Below are positions 51,142 through 63,754 of a stretch of 64,000 nt of DNA, piece after piece (position 1 is the stretch's first letter; the number at the start of each line of letters is the position of its first letter). Source of the DNA: Octopus sinensis (taxonomy: Eukaryota); NCBI RefSeq assembly GCF_006345805.1, contig NC_043013.1:43462001-43526000 (forward strand), in the 5' to 3' direction. Below the pieces are notes generated by a model. That model was not told the origin of the DNA, did not search any database, and was given only the letters and a program-made list of their open reading frames with translations. A program made the position numbers and the translations under genes.

Positions 51142-52894
51142 TGACGAGGTGGTGAAGCACGACCTTCGAACTTTAGGTCTCACTAAGAAATGTCTAGAGA
51201 CCGAGACCTATGGAAGTATGCTGTGCATGAGAAGACCGGCAAGACTAGTCAGGCCATAACCGTGGGCCCCGACCGGGGACGTAGTCAGTTCTGTGCATAC
51301 CTTCCTTCTTGTGACACTTATGAAGACCTGTTGAGGCAAGTGAAAATCAAATCAAATCAAAACAAATCAAATAGATGAACATCAGTGGAATTGTATTCTT
51401 TGTGGTACCAGTGCCGGTGGCACACAAGAAAACCACCCAAACGTGGCCGTAACCAGTACCGCATCGACTGGCCTCCGTGCTGTGGGCACAACAACACCAT
51501 CGATCGTGGCCGTTCGCAGCCTCATCTGGCACTGTGCCGGTGGCACATAAAGACACCATCCAAGACCGGCGACGTAGTCCGGTCCACCTGTGCATACCTT
51601 CCCTCTTATGACACTGTGAAGACCTGTGAGGAAGTGTGTGACATTGTGAAGACCGTGAGCAGAGGCAAGTGTGTGCGACATTGTGGAGACCTGTTGAGGC
51701 AAGTGTGTGACCCTTGTGAAGACTTGTTGAGGCAAGTGAAATCAAACCAATCAAAATAGATGAATATCAATGGAATTTGTATCTTTGTGGTTCCAGTACC
51801 GGTGGCACACAAGAAAACCATCCGAACGTGGCCGTCGACTGGCATCCGTGCTGTGGCAAACAAAACACCATCTGATCGTGGCCGTTCGCCAGCCTCACCT
51901 GGCACCGGTGTTGGTGGCACATAAAAACACCACCACCATCCAAAGACCCGGCCGACGTAGTCAGTCCACTGTGCTTACCTTCCCTCTTATGACACTTGTG
52001 AAGACCTGTTGAGGCAGAGGCAAGTGTGTGACACTTGTGAAGACCTGTTGAGGCGGAGGCAAGTGTGTGACACTTGTGGAGACCTGTTGAGGCAAGTGTG
52101 TGACACGCGTGACAATTGTGAAGACCTGTTGAGGCAAGTGAAATCAAACCAATCAAAATATAGGAACATCAATGGAATTTGTATCTTTGTGGTTCCAGTA
52201 CGGTGGCACACAAGAAAACCATCGATCGTGGCCGTTCGCAGCCACATCTGGCACCTGTGTCGGTGGCACATAAAGACACCATCCGAAGACCCGGCGACGT
52301 AGACAGTCCACCTATGCATACCTTCCTTCTTGTGACACTTGTGAAGACCTGTTGAGGCAAGTGAAAATCAAAATCAAATCAATCAAATCAAATCAAAACA
52401 ATCAAAATAGATGAACATAAATGGAATTTGTATCTTGTGGTACCAGTGCCGGTGGCACACAAGAAAATCATCCACGTGGCCGTAGCCAGTACCGCATAGA
52501 CTGGCCTCCGTGCTTTGGGGACGTAACAAACACCATCCGATCGTGGCCGTCCGCCAGCCTCATCTGGCACCTGTGTCGGTGGCACATAAAAACACCATCC
52601 GAGCGTGGCCGTCTGCCAGCCTCGTCTGGCACCTGTGTCGGTGGCACATAAAAACACCATCCGAGCGTGGCCGTTCGCCAGCCTCGTCTGGCACCTGTGT
52701 CGGTGGCACATAAAATCACCCACTACACTCTCGGAGTGGTTGGCGTTAGGAAGGGCATCCAGCTGTAGAAACACTGCCAGATCTGACTGGCCTGGTGCAG
52801 CCTTCGGGCTCCCCAGACCCCAGTTGAACCGTCCAACCCATGCTAGCATGGAAAACGGACGCTAAATGATGATGATGATGATGATGATGATGAT
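51142..52894 (+). mobile_element. RTE LINE 3' fragment whose 3' UTR is multiply re-duplicated; (ATG)n tail
   Basis: Starts with RTE C-terminal coding (DEVVKHDLRTLGLT...DLWKYAV); the marker GAGGCAAGTGAAA(A)TCAAA recurs at ~51335, 51730, 52132, 52355. Confidence 0.85.
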
Positions 52895-53463
52895 ATATAT
52901 ATATATATACATATATATTCAGGCTTCTTTCAGTTTTCATCTAACAAATCCACTGACAAGGCTTTGGTCAGCCCGGAGCTAGAGTGGAAGACACTTGCCC
53001 AAGGTGCCACACAGTGGGACTTAACCCAGAACAATGTGGTTCGTAAGCGAGCTACTTACCACACAGCCACTCCTAAGCCTGGTATTTGTTCTGTCAATCT
53101 TTTTCACCAAACCAGTAAGTTTCGGGGATATAAACATACCAACACCAGTAGAGTCTAGAGAGATTGTACATTGTATATGTTGAGAGTATTATCAGTGAAT
53201 AACTAGAGAGAAACAAAGTAAGTGTAATGTGTGGTGGTGGGGGGGGGTGGGGGGTGTCAATGCATAATGCAGTAAAACGTGTGACAGTGAAAGGGTAGAA
53301 GATTGGCAGAGATTGAAAGAGAATGCACTGAATATGACATACATGTCAGAAGTGTGATGTGACATGGCAACGAGAGTCACAGCAACCAACAATTGAAATC
53401 AACTAAATTGGGGTACACACACACACACATACCATCATCATCATCATTATTATTATCGTTTAA

Positions 53464-53682
53464 CCCTTTAGTATTGAAACTGGCCATATCCGGCCAAAAT
53501 AGTTAATCTGTTTTATGTTCAAACTGACCAGATCCAGGCTCTCACACCTACCCTACAATGTTATTCTACATTAAGTAATTACACCATCAAGATCTTGAAG
53601 ATATGAGATAATGCATGGTTAATTCAAATTAATGGGAATCAATAGGCATTATGTTTGATAGAATAATCTGAACACTAAAGGG
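53464..53682. mobile_element. piggyBac-like MITE, 219 bp, reverse orientation
   Basis: TTAA|CCCTTTAGT...ACTAAAGGG|TTAA; internal sequence is the reverse complement of 32955-33173. Confidence 0.78.
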
Positions 53683-53736
53683 TTAATGTCTGTCTTCTAT
53701 GCTGGCATCTGTTGGATGGTTAGACAGGAGTCTAGG

Positions 53737-53965
53737 CGGCGAGCTGGCAGAAATGTTAGCACGCCGGGCGAAATGCGTAGCCGTATTTCGTCTGCCCGTT
53801 ACGTTCTGAGTTCAAATTCCGCCGAGGTCAACTTTGCCTTTCATCCTTTCGGGGTCGATAAATTAAGTACCAGTTACGCACTGGGGTAGATGTAATCGAC
53901 TTAATCCGTCTGTCCTTGTTTGTCCTCTCTGTGTTTAGCCCCTTGTGGGTAGTAAAGAAATAGGT
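53737..53965 (+). mobile_element. SINE, GGCGGCGAGCTGGCAGAA family (tRNA-like head, GAGTTCAAATTCC B-box)
   Basis: Near-identical copy at 54216-54447; others at ~7947, ~24351, and on the minus strand at ~22680 and ~38207. Confidence 0.85.
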
Positions 53966-54215
53966 TAGACAGGAGTTGGTAATCCTGGGGACTGTGGCAA
54001 GCTCTTCTGCCTGCATTGGCATGGTTTTTACAGGTGAGTGCCCCTCCTAATGTCAACCACTTTACAAAGTAGTGAAAGGATGCTTTTTATGTGGTGCCAG
54101 CACTACTGAGGTCACCACATAACATGCAAGGCAAAGAGCCCTCAACTGAAAGAGGGAGTGATACTGAAGTAGGCATCTCTATGCCAGGTGACGATGAGAG
54201 ATTAATATTTGATAA

Positions 54216-54447
54216 AGGCGGCGAGCTGGCAGACACGTTAGCGTGCCGGGCAAAATGCTTAGCGGTATTTCGTCTGTCGTCACGTTCTGAGTTCAAATTC
54301 CGCCGAGGTCAACTTTGCCTTTCATCCCTTTCGGGGTCGATAAATTAAGTACCAGTTACACACTGGGGTCGATGTAATCGACTTAATCCGTTTGTCTGTC
54401 CTTGTTTGTCCCCTCTATGTTTAGCCCCTTGTGGGCAATAAAGAAAT
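54216..54447 (+). mobile_element. SINE, GGCGGCGAGCTGGCAGAA family
   Basis: Second copy ~480 bp after the first. Confidence 0.85.
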
Positions 54448-55019
54448 ATATATGATAAAGGGACAGAAACAGGTGTCTTGCAGTAAAGGAGATACATGGT
54501 TACCCCAGTCAGAGGAAGAGTGAGGGAAACAGTGGCAATGTGCCAGAGAATACTCTCAAAGTACAAGGGTGTGAATATAGATGGAATAATAGAGGATTGC
54601 TCTGGGTGCATGAGTAGGGAGTTCATGAAGGTGCAAAAGGGGGAATGCAGTGAGTGAGGGAACACAAGTATGTAGGGGAGCAATAGGATAGCATTGGTAC
54701 AGCAAAGAGATGAGAAAGTGGTTTGGGGCTGTAGAGAGAAAAGGTCACACAAATTACCTCCAACTTCAAGGGAGCCTCCTGGGTATTTGTGAGAGTCTAA
54801 TTCCCATGTTTCCTTAAAAAAAAAGGTTTTATCTATCAAATTGGATTTATATTTAATCCTTAGCTTTATGAGGACAGACAGTAATCATAACCTTTCACAG
54901 ATCTACTGCTGTAGAGACATACATCCAATCAGGGGAAACAAAAGAAAAAAAGATGTTAACTTGATGGGCAAAATGAAGGATTTTTGATTACAAAAAAAAA
55001 AGGGGTTTTATTCACCAAC

Positions 55020-55160
55020 CTTGGTAATAATGTGATTAGATGACTGATTGACCATTTGTAACTTTGTAACCATTTCTTGAAAAGAGTCGGAGGGATGAAG
55101 CTGTATGTTGGTCCAAGGCACAATGGAGGTAAGTATTTCATTGAAACAGGTAACTAGATC
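55020..55160 (-). CDS. CEP70: CEP70 coding exon, 141 nt, phase 0 to 0
   Basis: ttttcAG|GAT CTA...ACC AAG|GTTGGT; DLVTCFNEILTSIVPWTNIQLHPSDSFQEMVTKLQMVNQSSNHIITK, aligning by eye with vertebrate DLYKSLKTLSAELVPW. Confidence 0.8.
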
Positions 55161-55305
55161 CTGAAAAATGATGGAAAGATTTCGGAAAATGGTGATTAAA
55201 AACAAACAGCAACATAAACCCATTTTTGGAAGAAATGAAACAAGAGAGTCACTACATGGCTGCTTGACTTGCTAAAAAGAGCAGCAAAGTCTTCTTCAAA
55301 ACATA

Positions 55306-55376
<71 letters not shown>

Positions 55377-55401
55377 TATATGTGTATATATATATACATA
55401 T

Positions 55402-55453
<52 letters not shown>

Positions 55454-55951
55454 CATATATATATACATATATATCAAAGGATGCTTTCTACTATAGGCAC
55501 AAGACCCAAAATTTTGTGAGTGGAGTACAGTTGAGATTACATTGACCCCAATGCTGAAATGATCATTTATTTCATCAAGGATAAAAGACAAAGTTGATCT
55601 CAGCAAAATCTGAACTCAGAATGTTCAGACATATGCAATGCATTTCGTCCAGTGTACTCATAAATCTGCCGACTGTCCACCTTACCAGCTCATTGCCATT
55701 GTGTTTCTTATATAATTCTTTCTACTAAAAGCACAAAGCCTGAAATTTGTGGGGGAAGCGGATAGTCAAGATTGCATCAACCCCAGAGCTCAACTGATAC
55801 TTATTTCATCAATCCTGAAATGATAAAAGGCAAATTCAACCTCAGTGGAATTTGAACTCAGATTGTAAAGACAGACACTAAACATTTTATCTGATGTACT
55901 AATGATTCTGCCAGCTCACCACCTTACTGGCTCACCGACATTTTGTTTCTC

Positions 55952-56625
55952 GGATCTTTACCTTTTGACCGACAGATTTAAAAAATAATTTTTTTGTAAC
56001 TAAACACTTTCAAACTTCGGACACTGGTAGAATGTGTCATATAAAACATCTTTTGCTCTTAGCATTTTTGAGAAAAACTTATATTTACGAAGTTATTTCA
56101 TGTTAAAGTTCTCGTATTTCGGTAATTTCAACCAATCAATGACATGTATTCAGCTGAATAAAATTACTGCTGTTGTTTGTCAACAACAACTATCGGCGGT
56201 GTATTTTTCATTTGTCACTGTTATTTATGACATCGTTCGTGCATTTGTACTGGTTTTAAGGTTTTAGGGTTATGGTTTTAGGGTTAAGGTTAGGGTGTTA
56301 GGGTTAGAGTTTTAGGGTTAGGGTTAAGGTTTTAGGGTTAAGGTTGTCATAAATAACAGTGACAAACGAAATATACACCACTGGAAGTTCTTGTTGACAA
56401 ACAACAGCAGTAATTTTATTCAGTTGAATACACATCATTGATTGGTTGAAATTACCGAAATACGAAAACTTTAACGTGAAATAACTTCGTAAATATAAGT
56501 TTTTCTCAAAAATGCTAAGAGTAAAAGATGTTTTATATGACACATTCTACCAGTGTTCGAAGTTTGAAAGTGTTTAGTTACAAAAAATTATTTTTTTAAA
56601 TCTGTCGGTCAAAAGGCAAAGATCC
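55952..56625. mobile_element. Fold-back DNA transposon/MITE, 674 bp, 281-bp TIRs, 8-bp TSD TGTTTCTC, TTAGGG-rich spacer
   Basis: TGTTTCTC|GGATCTTTACC...GGCAAAGATCC|TGTTTCTC; arms 55952-56232 and 56345-56625. Confidence 0.92.
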
Positions 56626-56677
56626 TGTTTCTCATATAATATAACAGACAGTTTGATACGTAAGAGATGATATTTAC

Positions 56678-56833
56678 CTGACGATTCTGAAAGTCATCGT
56701 TGGCTAAGGCCAACATTTCAAGGATGTATTTTAGAGTGTCATCGGAAAGAACAGGCCGTGATGTCATATCATATTGTTCTTCAGTCTTCCCATTTTGTGT
56801 CTGTTGAACCAAGCTGCAGAGTTTAAAGCAATA
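56678..56833 (-). CDS. CEP70: CEP70 coding exon, 156 nt, phase 0 to 0
   Basis: long poly-T tract then tacAG|TAT TGC...CGT CAG|GTAAAT; YCFKLCSLVQQTQNGKTEEQYDMTSRPVLSDDTLKYILEMLALANDDFQNRQ. Confidence 0.78.
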
Positions 56834-58882
56834 CTGTAAAAAAAAAAAAAAAAGAAATGTTAATACCTTACTGGCACAATTCCATAGAGAAGAACTGCAG
56901 TCTATGTTGATATATGAAAGCACTCCCGAGCCTTTTCTTAGCAGATAAAACTACCACAAAATAGAAACAAGAATGTATGGAATGTATGTAACAGTTCATC
57001 ATCATCATTTAATATCCACTTTACCATGCTTGCAAGGGTCAGATGAAATTTGCTGAGGCATATTTTCTACTGCTGGATGCTCTTCCTCTCGCTAACCCTC
57101 ACCCGTCTCCAAGCAAGTTCCTATTTCCACATGGCCAGGCATGTTTTTCATCAAAGACTGGAAATGAACAGCAACATCCCTGATATGACACTGATGCTCG
57201 TTTACAACCATCACATGATATCAAGTCAAAGGTACACTCACTCACACACACACACAGACACACTCACACACACAAGAAAATGAGATGACAAAGGATATAA
57301 AGGATTATCTTATGAACTTCATGAGCTTACAGCTGTTTCTGTTACAGGATGCCAGGACTCATACTTGAGTGCCTGAGTAACACCTTAGAGCTTTATCAAA
57401 GCATCGAATATGAAATGCAGTTTATTTGGGAAAAGAATTACATTTATGCATATATATAGGAAAAAAAAAACACACACACACACACACACATACACATACA
57501 AAGACATGATAAGCTTCTTTCAGTTTCTGTCTGCCAAATCCACCTGCTAGACTTTGGCCAGCCCAAGACTATAGTAGAAAGTGCCATGCAGTGGGACTGA
57601 ACCCAAGACTGCATGGCTGGGAACTGGGAAGTAAGCTTCTTTAATCACACAACCATGTCTGTACCTATGTGTGGGTTTGAAGGGTAACATGACACTTCAT
57701 GATGTAATAGTTCTGATGAAGATATAAATGTACAACAAAAGACTGATATCTATAATATATATATACATAAATGATAAAGCAAAACTGAATATAATGACCA
57801 ATATGACTCTACCAAAATACCTATTTTATATGTGCATTTACATATTTGTGTGTGTGTGTGTATGTGTGTACATAGATACACATATCACACAGGTGCTAAA
57901 GGGTCTGAGTAAAATATCAAACATTTAACTTTTCATATTAATGTCATATACCAACAGGCTTTTAGAGAGGGATACAGTAGATGGATGTTGTGACATTTAT
58001 GTACTTTCCCAAGGACATTAACCCATAGAGAACTGAGATTTGCACTTACACAGCATGGACTGCTGAGCACGTTTTATGAAAATGAGACTACCATGCACAC
58101 AGAAAAAACAAAAAAATAGTTAAAATATCTTCTTAGTATATAATGGTGGCAAGTTTTACATCAACTGAAAAATCATTAGTTGAATTATTAGTCCTCTTGC
58201 AATCTTGTGGGTATCAGAGCATTTGAGTGAGGTTAGACTCCAACAAACACCCATAAATTAAATGCATCTATCTGGGCCACGATTTTAGCCTGTCGACCTG
58301 TGCCTGACAGCCACGATCGTGGCCCGTTGCGCTTTAAGTGTTAAGGCCCTGTGTGAAGGAGAAATAGCTACAGTTGGTGTCTGAAATCATATTGTAGATT
58401 CAATTTTCCAGAAGTGTTTTACCCAACAATAACAATAATCTTTTACATAGGGCCACTTAGGTTATGTAAAAACAAAAAATCAGAATACTAACAATCCACA
58501 ATCTAAAGTGTATGTGTATATATATATATATATATTAAATAATATTTTACAAGAAGATATAATTAAGGATTTGTAAATCCATCCAACTTAATCTAATGGA
58601 AAATCAAGAGTTAAAAATAATATAGCAATGTTGAAAAACACCTTCCTTGTACTTTGCCTTCAAATTGTATACATGCATGTGTGTGCATGCATGCATATGC
58701 AAGCATACATCTTGCAACTATGTGTGCATAGATGCACATGCTGGAGCAAATAATCTTTTGTACAATCATTTTTTTAAAATGCACAAAAGGTTAATTGGCT
58801 GAAACGGAAAAAAAAAAACAGAATGTACATGCTTTTGTGACAAGAAAATTTACTTGAGATGTTTTGAGGGAACAATGCTCAC

Positions 58883-58981
58883 CTGTCTATATTTGGCCAT
58901 ACTCTTCAAATTGTGTTTCATTTTTTGAATAGCTGGGAGAAGCTGGTTGGAGTTCTCCACATCTAACGCTTGGTAAAGTTC
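58883..58981 (-). CDS. CEP70: CEP70 coding exon, 99 nt, phase 0 to 0
   Basis: aaacAG|GAA CTT...AGA CAG|GTGAGC; ELYQALDVENSNQLLPAIQKMKHNLKSMAKYRQ. Confidence 0.78.
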
Positions 58982-59569
58982 CTGTTTATAAAAGAAGCCA
59001 GTTTAAACATTGGTTGTATTGCACCCCCTGGGATGGAAATAAAGGCAGTGGTTTCTGGCAAAGGCAGAAAGCCCCCAAAAATATAAGATGGAAGATGGAA
59101 GTGGGGTATTGTCAATTAACCCTTTATCATTCAGATAAGTGAAGGCATGCAGCTTAGTGGTTAGGGTATGCAGCTCATGATTGAAAGGTCACAGGTTCAA
59201 TTCCTAGCAGTATGCTGTTGTGCTCTTGAACAACACATTTTACTTCTTCATTGCTCCAGTCTGCACAGATAGCAAAAATGAGTAGTATTTGTACTTCAAA
59301 GGGCCAGCCTTGTCACATTTGTCTCACTCTGAATCTCCCCAAGAGCTACGCTACAGATCCGCATGTCTGTCAAGTGCTCAGCCACTTGCAAGGTAATTTC
59401 GTGAGCAGGTTGTTCTGTCGATTGGGATCAACTAGAACCTTCATAGTCATAACCGACTGAGTGCCAGTTAGTTGGTTATCATTCAGATCACTCTGTCAAA
59501 TGTAATTATTATTTATTCACATTGTTTTGAATTAATCATTTATTACCTTAGTATATAATAGTGGCGCAG

Positions 59570-59964
59570 GAGCGGTTGTGTGATAAGTAGCTTGCTTACC
59601 AACCACATGGTTCTGGGTTCATTCCCACTGCGTGGCACCTTGGACAAGTGTCTTCTACTATAGCCTCGGGCCAACCAAAGCCTTGTGAGTGGATTTGGTA
59701 GACGGAAACTGAAAGAAGCTCATCGTATATATGTATATATATAGATGTATGTGTGTGTATATGTTTGTGTGTCTGTGTTTGTTCCCCCAATATTGCTTGA
59801 CAACTGATGGTGCTGTGTTTACATCTCCGTAACTTAGCGGTTAGGCAAAAGAGACTGATAGAAGTACTAGGCTTCCAAAGAACAAGTCCTGGGGTCGATT
59901 TGCTCGACTAAAGGCGGTGCTCCAGCATGGCCACAGTCAAATGACTGAAACAAGTAAAAGAGTA
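59570..59964 (+). mobile_element. SINE, GGAGTGGCTGTGTGG family
   Basis: Full-length copy. Confidence 0.85.
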
Positions 59965-60727
59965 CCTCATAGCTACAAGATTTCAATGATGTGATTGTTT
60001 ATTTTTAGATCAATATTGTAGATTATGTGTGAGAGGCCAGATCTGACAAATCTGAAGATAATAGAGGCAGAATATTTGGGCCAGATATGGCCAGTTTAAA
60101 TGCTAAAGGGTAAAATCAGTACCTGTTTTTATTGACCCTTAAAGAATGAAACACAAAGTCAACAGTTCCTTTTAACATCTATGCCTTTCGCTGTTTGGCT
60201 TTTCTAGTTACAGGACACTTGACTATTTGCAGATGATAGTTATAAGAATGAAATGAAAGTCATTTCATATCAGATAGACTAGGGTTGGTCTAGTCCTAAT
60301 CCATGAGGTCGGTCACAGTATTCATTTCATCAAACCGCCACTACCACCACTGCCACCACCAGCATCAATCATCGCCGTCATCATCGTCATCTTCCTGATA
60401 CAATCACATATCCTTCATCTTACACCACCATCCCTGCTGCCAACGATGATGTGATCAGCATTATACTATTACCGACACCACAACCAACAACCCCACCATC
60501 AACACCATCACTATTATTATTGCCACCACTATTACAATCACCAACACTACCACTCATTATCATCAACACTTCCTATCGCAACCACCAACACCTTCAAAGC
60601 TACCTTCATCCCACCATCGACACCAATATACATTTTATGCCAGCTTCTAAAGTTCAAATAAATAAACTTTCTACAAATTCAAAGTAAAGAAAAAAGATGA
60701 AAACAAGAAAATATTGTTTATCTTTTA

Positions 60728-61132
60728 TCTTTTATTTGTTCCAGTTACTGTGTTGCGACCATGCTGGGGCACTGCCTTGAAGGGTTTAATCGAACAAATC
60801 AACAGCACTTATTTTTTTCTCTAAGCCTGGTATTTATTTTATTGGTCTCTTTTCGCCACACTTCTAAGTGACAGGGATGTAAACAAACCAACACTGGTTG
60901 TCAAACAGTGATGAGAGAACAAACACAAACTCAATGACACACACACATATATGGACACAAGCACACACACGCACACACGATGAACTTCTTTCAATTTCTG
61001 TCTACCAAATCCACTCACAAGGCTTTGGTCAGCCCAGGGCTATAGTAGAATACACTTGCCCAAGGAGCCATGCAATGGGACCGAACCTAGAAACATGTGG
61101 TTGGGAGGCAAATTTCTTACCACACGGCCACA
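60728..61132 (-). mobile_element. SINE, GGAGTGGCTGTGTGG family, reverse orientation, diverged
   Basis: Reverse complement of the family; ends ~24 nt from the CEP70 donor at 61156. Confidence 0.78.
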
Positions 61133-61156
61133 CTGAGAGATTTCTACTTAACTTAC

Positions 61157-61268
61157 CTGTAAATTTAACCTGTCGTTGTGTGATTGCTGTGTCTCCTTAC
61201 AGCTCTCATTATCAACAAATTTATGACAAGATGCGTTAGGTGACATCCTCGAGTCCTTGGTACTCACT
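61157..61268 (-). CDS. CEP70: CEP70 coding exon, 112 nt, phase 2 to 0
   Basis: tttcAG|A GTG AGT...TTA CAG|GTAAGT; VSTKDSRMSPNASCHKFVDNESCKETQQSHNDRLNLQ; open frame and phases bridge the flanking exons, but sequence is poorly conserved. Confidence 0.68.
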
Positions 61269-61688
61269 CTGAAAGTATAGACACATTAAGCTGAGAATTT
61301 AAGTGGGAATTAAAAAACGAAATAGCATAAATAAATAAAATATGGTGAATTTGAACAGATTTTGGTAAAAATAGTGGGGGGAAAAAACTGGTCACCACAG
61401 TATTCAAGAGAGATCAGCTCTGCTTTCAAAAAGTTCCTTTCCCTCAGAATTTACCTTTTTATTGGCAAACTCAGATGAAAAAAAAATTGAAGGTTAATTA
61501 GCAACAATAATTTGTTTTAAAAAGAACTGGCCAAAAATTCTGATCTGAATTTAATTTTTTGCCTGTTCTGTGTATCATATGTAACAGCCAGACCGCAGGA
61601 CACTGAGCCTTATGAAGGAGATGACTAAGGACTGAGATATCTGGTTTGTAGCTATACTCAAGAAGACCCATCGACCACAGCAGAACTG

Positions 61689-61770
61689 GGATTTTTACCT
61701 TTTGACTTACAGATTTAAAAAATAATTTTTTGTAACTAAACACTTTCAAACTTCGGACACTGGTAGAATG
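61689..61770 (+). mobile_element. Truncated terminal piece of the same fold-back family, cut by a SINE
   Basis: GGATTTTTACCTTTTGACTTACAGATTTAAAAAATAATTTTTTGTAACTAAACACTTTCAAACTTCGGACACTGGTAGAATG matches the start of 55952. Confidence 0.85.
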
Positions 61771-61806
61771 TCATCGTATATATGTATATATGTATATATA
61801 TGTATG

Positions 61807-61863
<57 letters not shown>

Positions 61864-62339
61864 TGTATGTATGTATGTATGTATGTGTGTGTGTATATGT
61901 TTGTGTGTCTGTGTCTGTCCCCCCACCCACCCAACATCGCTTGATAACTGATGCTGGTGTGTTTACATCCCCGTAACTTAGCGGTTCGGCAAAAGAGGCC
62001 GATAGAATAAGTACCAGGATTACAAAGAATAAGTCCCAGGGTCGATTTGCTCAACTAAAGGCGGTGCTCCAGCATGGCCGCAGTCAAATGACTGAAACAA
62101 GTAAAAGAGTAAAAGAGTAATACATTTTATCATTGCTCATACGGTGAATTTATCTTGTAGTGAATTTTCCTATATGGTGAAATTTCTGACGGCGAATTTT
62201 CCAGACACATACTGAGACAAGTACAAGTGAACCTATGAAGCCTGCTCTTTTCTGATCAAGCTACTGAGAATAAATGAAAATAAAGACATTTTCTATACAA
62301 ACCAGAGCCAGCACTGAAAGTTACATTTCATCGAAATCG

Positions 62340-62815
62340 ATCAACATCAATGGAAATTGTAGTCGTGATAGCAGTGCCGGTGGCACATAAGAGAACCGTC
62401 CGAACGTGGCCATTGCCAGCACTGCCTCGACTGGCCTCTGTGCCGGTGGCACGTAAAAAGCACCATCCGATCGTGGTCGTTGCCAGCCTCATCTGGCACC
62501 TGTGCCGGTGGCACGTAAAAAACACCATCTGATCGTGGCCGTTGCCAGCCTCATCTGGCACCTGTGCCGGTGGCACGTAAAAAGCACCATCTGATCGTGG
62601 CCGTTGCCAGCCTCATCTGGCACCTGTGCCGGTGGCACGTAAAAAGCACCCACTACACTCACGGAGTGGTTGGCGTTAGGAAGGGCATCCAGCTGTAGAA
62701 ACACTGCCAGATCAGACTGGGCCTGGTGCAGCCTTCTGGTCTCCCAGACCCCAGTTGAACCGTCCAACACATGCTAGCATGGAAAGTGGACGTTAAATGA
62801 TGATGATGATGATGT
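62340..62815 (+). mobile_element. RTE 3'-UTR-derived insert with ~3 tandem ~59-bp units and (ATG)n tail
   Basis: Same family as 43259-43926, 52400-52894, 12600-12973 and (minus) 29040-29490. Confidence 0.85.
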
Positions 62816-63374
62816 AATCAATGTGATCAAGGATGGAAAAATAGGTAATGGGTGTATTTGCATATTTCGAGGCTTCTTACTCCTTCTTCATCACAAAATC
62901 CAAGAACACATTGCTTGAATAGCTGTAACTTAAATAAGTGTAACCTAATTGGATATACCAATTTCACATAACAAACACATACCTGGCAACTGGTATCATC
63001 ATCATCATCATCATCGTTTAACATCCGCTTTCCGTGCTAGCATGGGTTGGACGAATGACTGAGGGCTTACGAACCAGATGGCGGCACCAGGCTTCAATCT
63101 TGATCTGGCAGAGTTTCTACAGCTTGATGCCTTTCCTAATGCCAACCAGGCGAGGCTGGCAACGGCCACGATCGGTTGGTGCTTTTTACCTGCCACTGGC
63201 ACAGAAGTCAGTTGGGGTGGCGCTGGCAATGGTCACATTCGGATGGTTCTTTTACATGCCACCGGCTGTGGTATCACAACTACAATTTCCATTGATTTTT
63301 GAGCAATAAGGGACACCGAAATACATATCAGAAGCTACAAGAGTAGTGAAACTAATGAAAGTTGTGATGGTTAC

Positions 63375-63463
63375 CTTGACTGTTTTTCCAACTCTAACAT
63401 TTTCAGTTTGGCTTCCAGCAGGTTGACCTTCTTGACATAGTCTTTCAGGGTCTTCTCCTGATT
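63375..63463 (-). CDS. CEP70: CEP70 coding exon, 89 nt, phase 0 to 2
   Basis: tttcAG|AAT CAG...TCA AG|GTAACC; NQEKTLKDYVKKVNLLEAKLKMLELEKQSR, coiled-coil; position matches the vertebrate NQLKE...LETR exon as recalled. Confidence 0.8.
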
Positions 63464-63528
63464 CTGAAAGTAAATAAATTTCAGTGAGGTTGGTAGAAGA
63501 AAAAAGAAACATCTAATGGTTATGCTAA

Positions 63529-63687
63529 GGAGTGGCTGTGTGGTAAGCAGCTTGCTTACCAACCACATGGTTCTGGGTTCAGTCCCACTGCGTGGCATCT
63601 TGGGAAAGAGTCTTCTACTATAGCCTTGGGCCAACCAAAGCCTTTTGAGTGGATTTGGTAGACGGCAACTGAAAGAAGCCTGTCGTA

Positions 63688-63754
<67 letters not shown>

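Noticed and set aside
56252-56345. Relic chromosome end or fusion site
   Set aside because: Short degenerate TTAGGG array lies inside a TIR element with a TSD, so it arrived by transposition
57713-57755. CTGATGA followed by AGATAT/ATATCT stem
   Set aside because: No GAAA box or cleavage triplet follows
61455-61469. 15-nt phase 2-2 micro-exon candidate for CEP70 (LPIK)
   Set aside because: GAG acceptor and tiny size; such matches arise easily in AT-rich introns; no supporting homology
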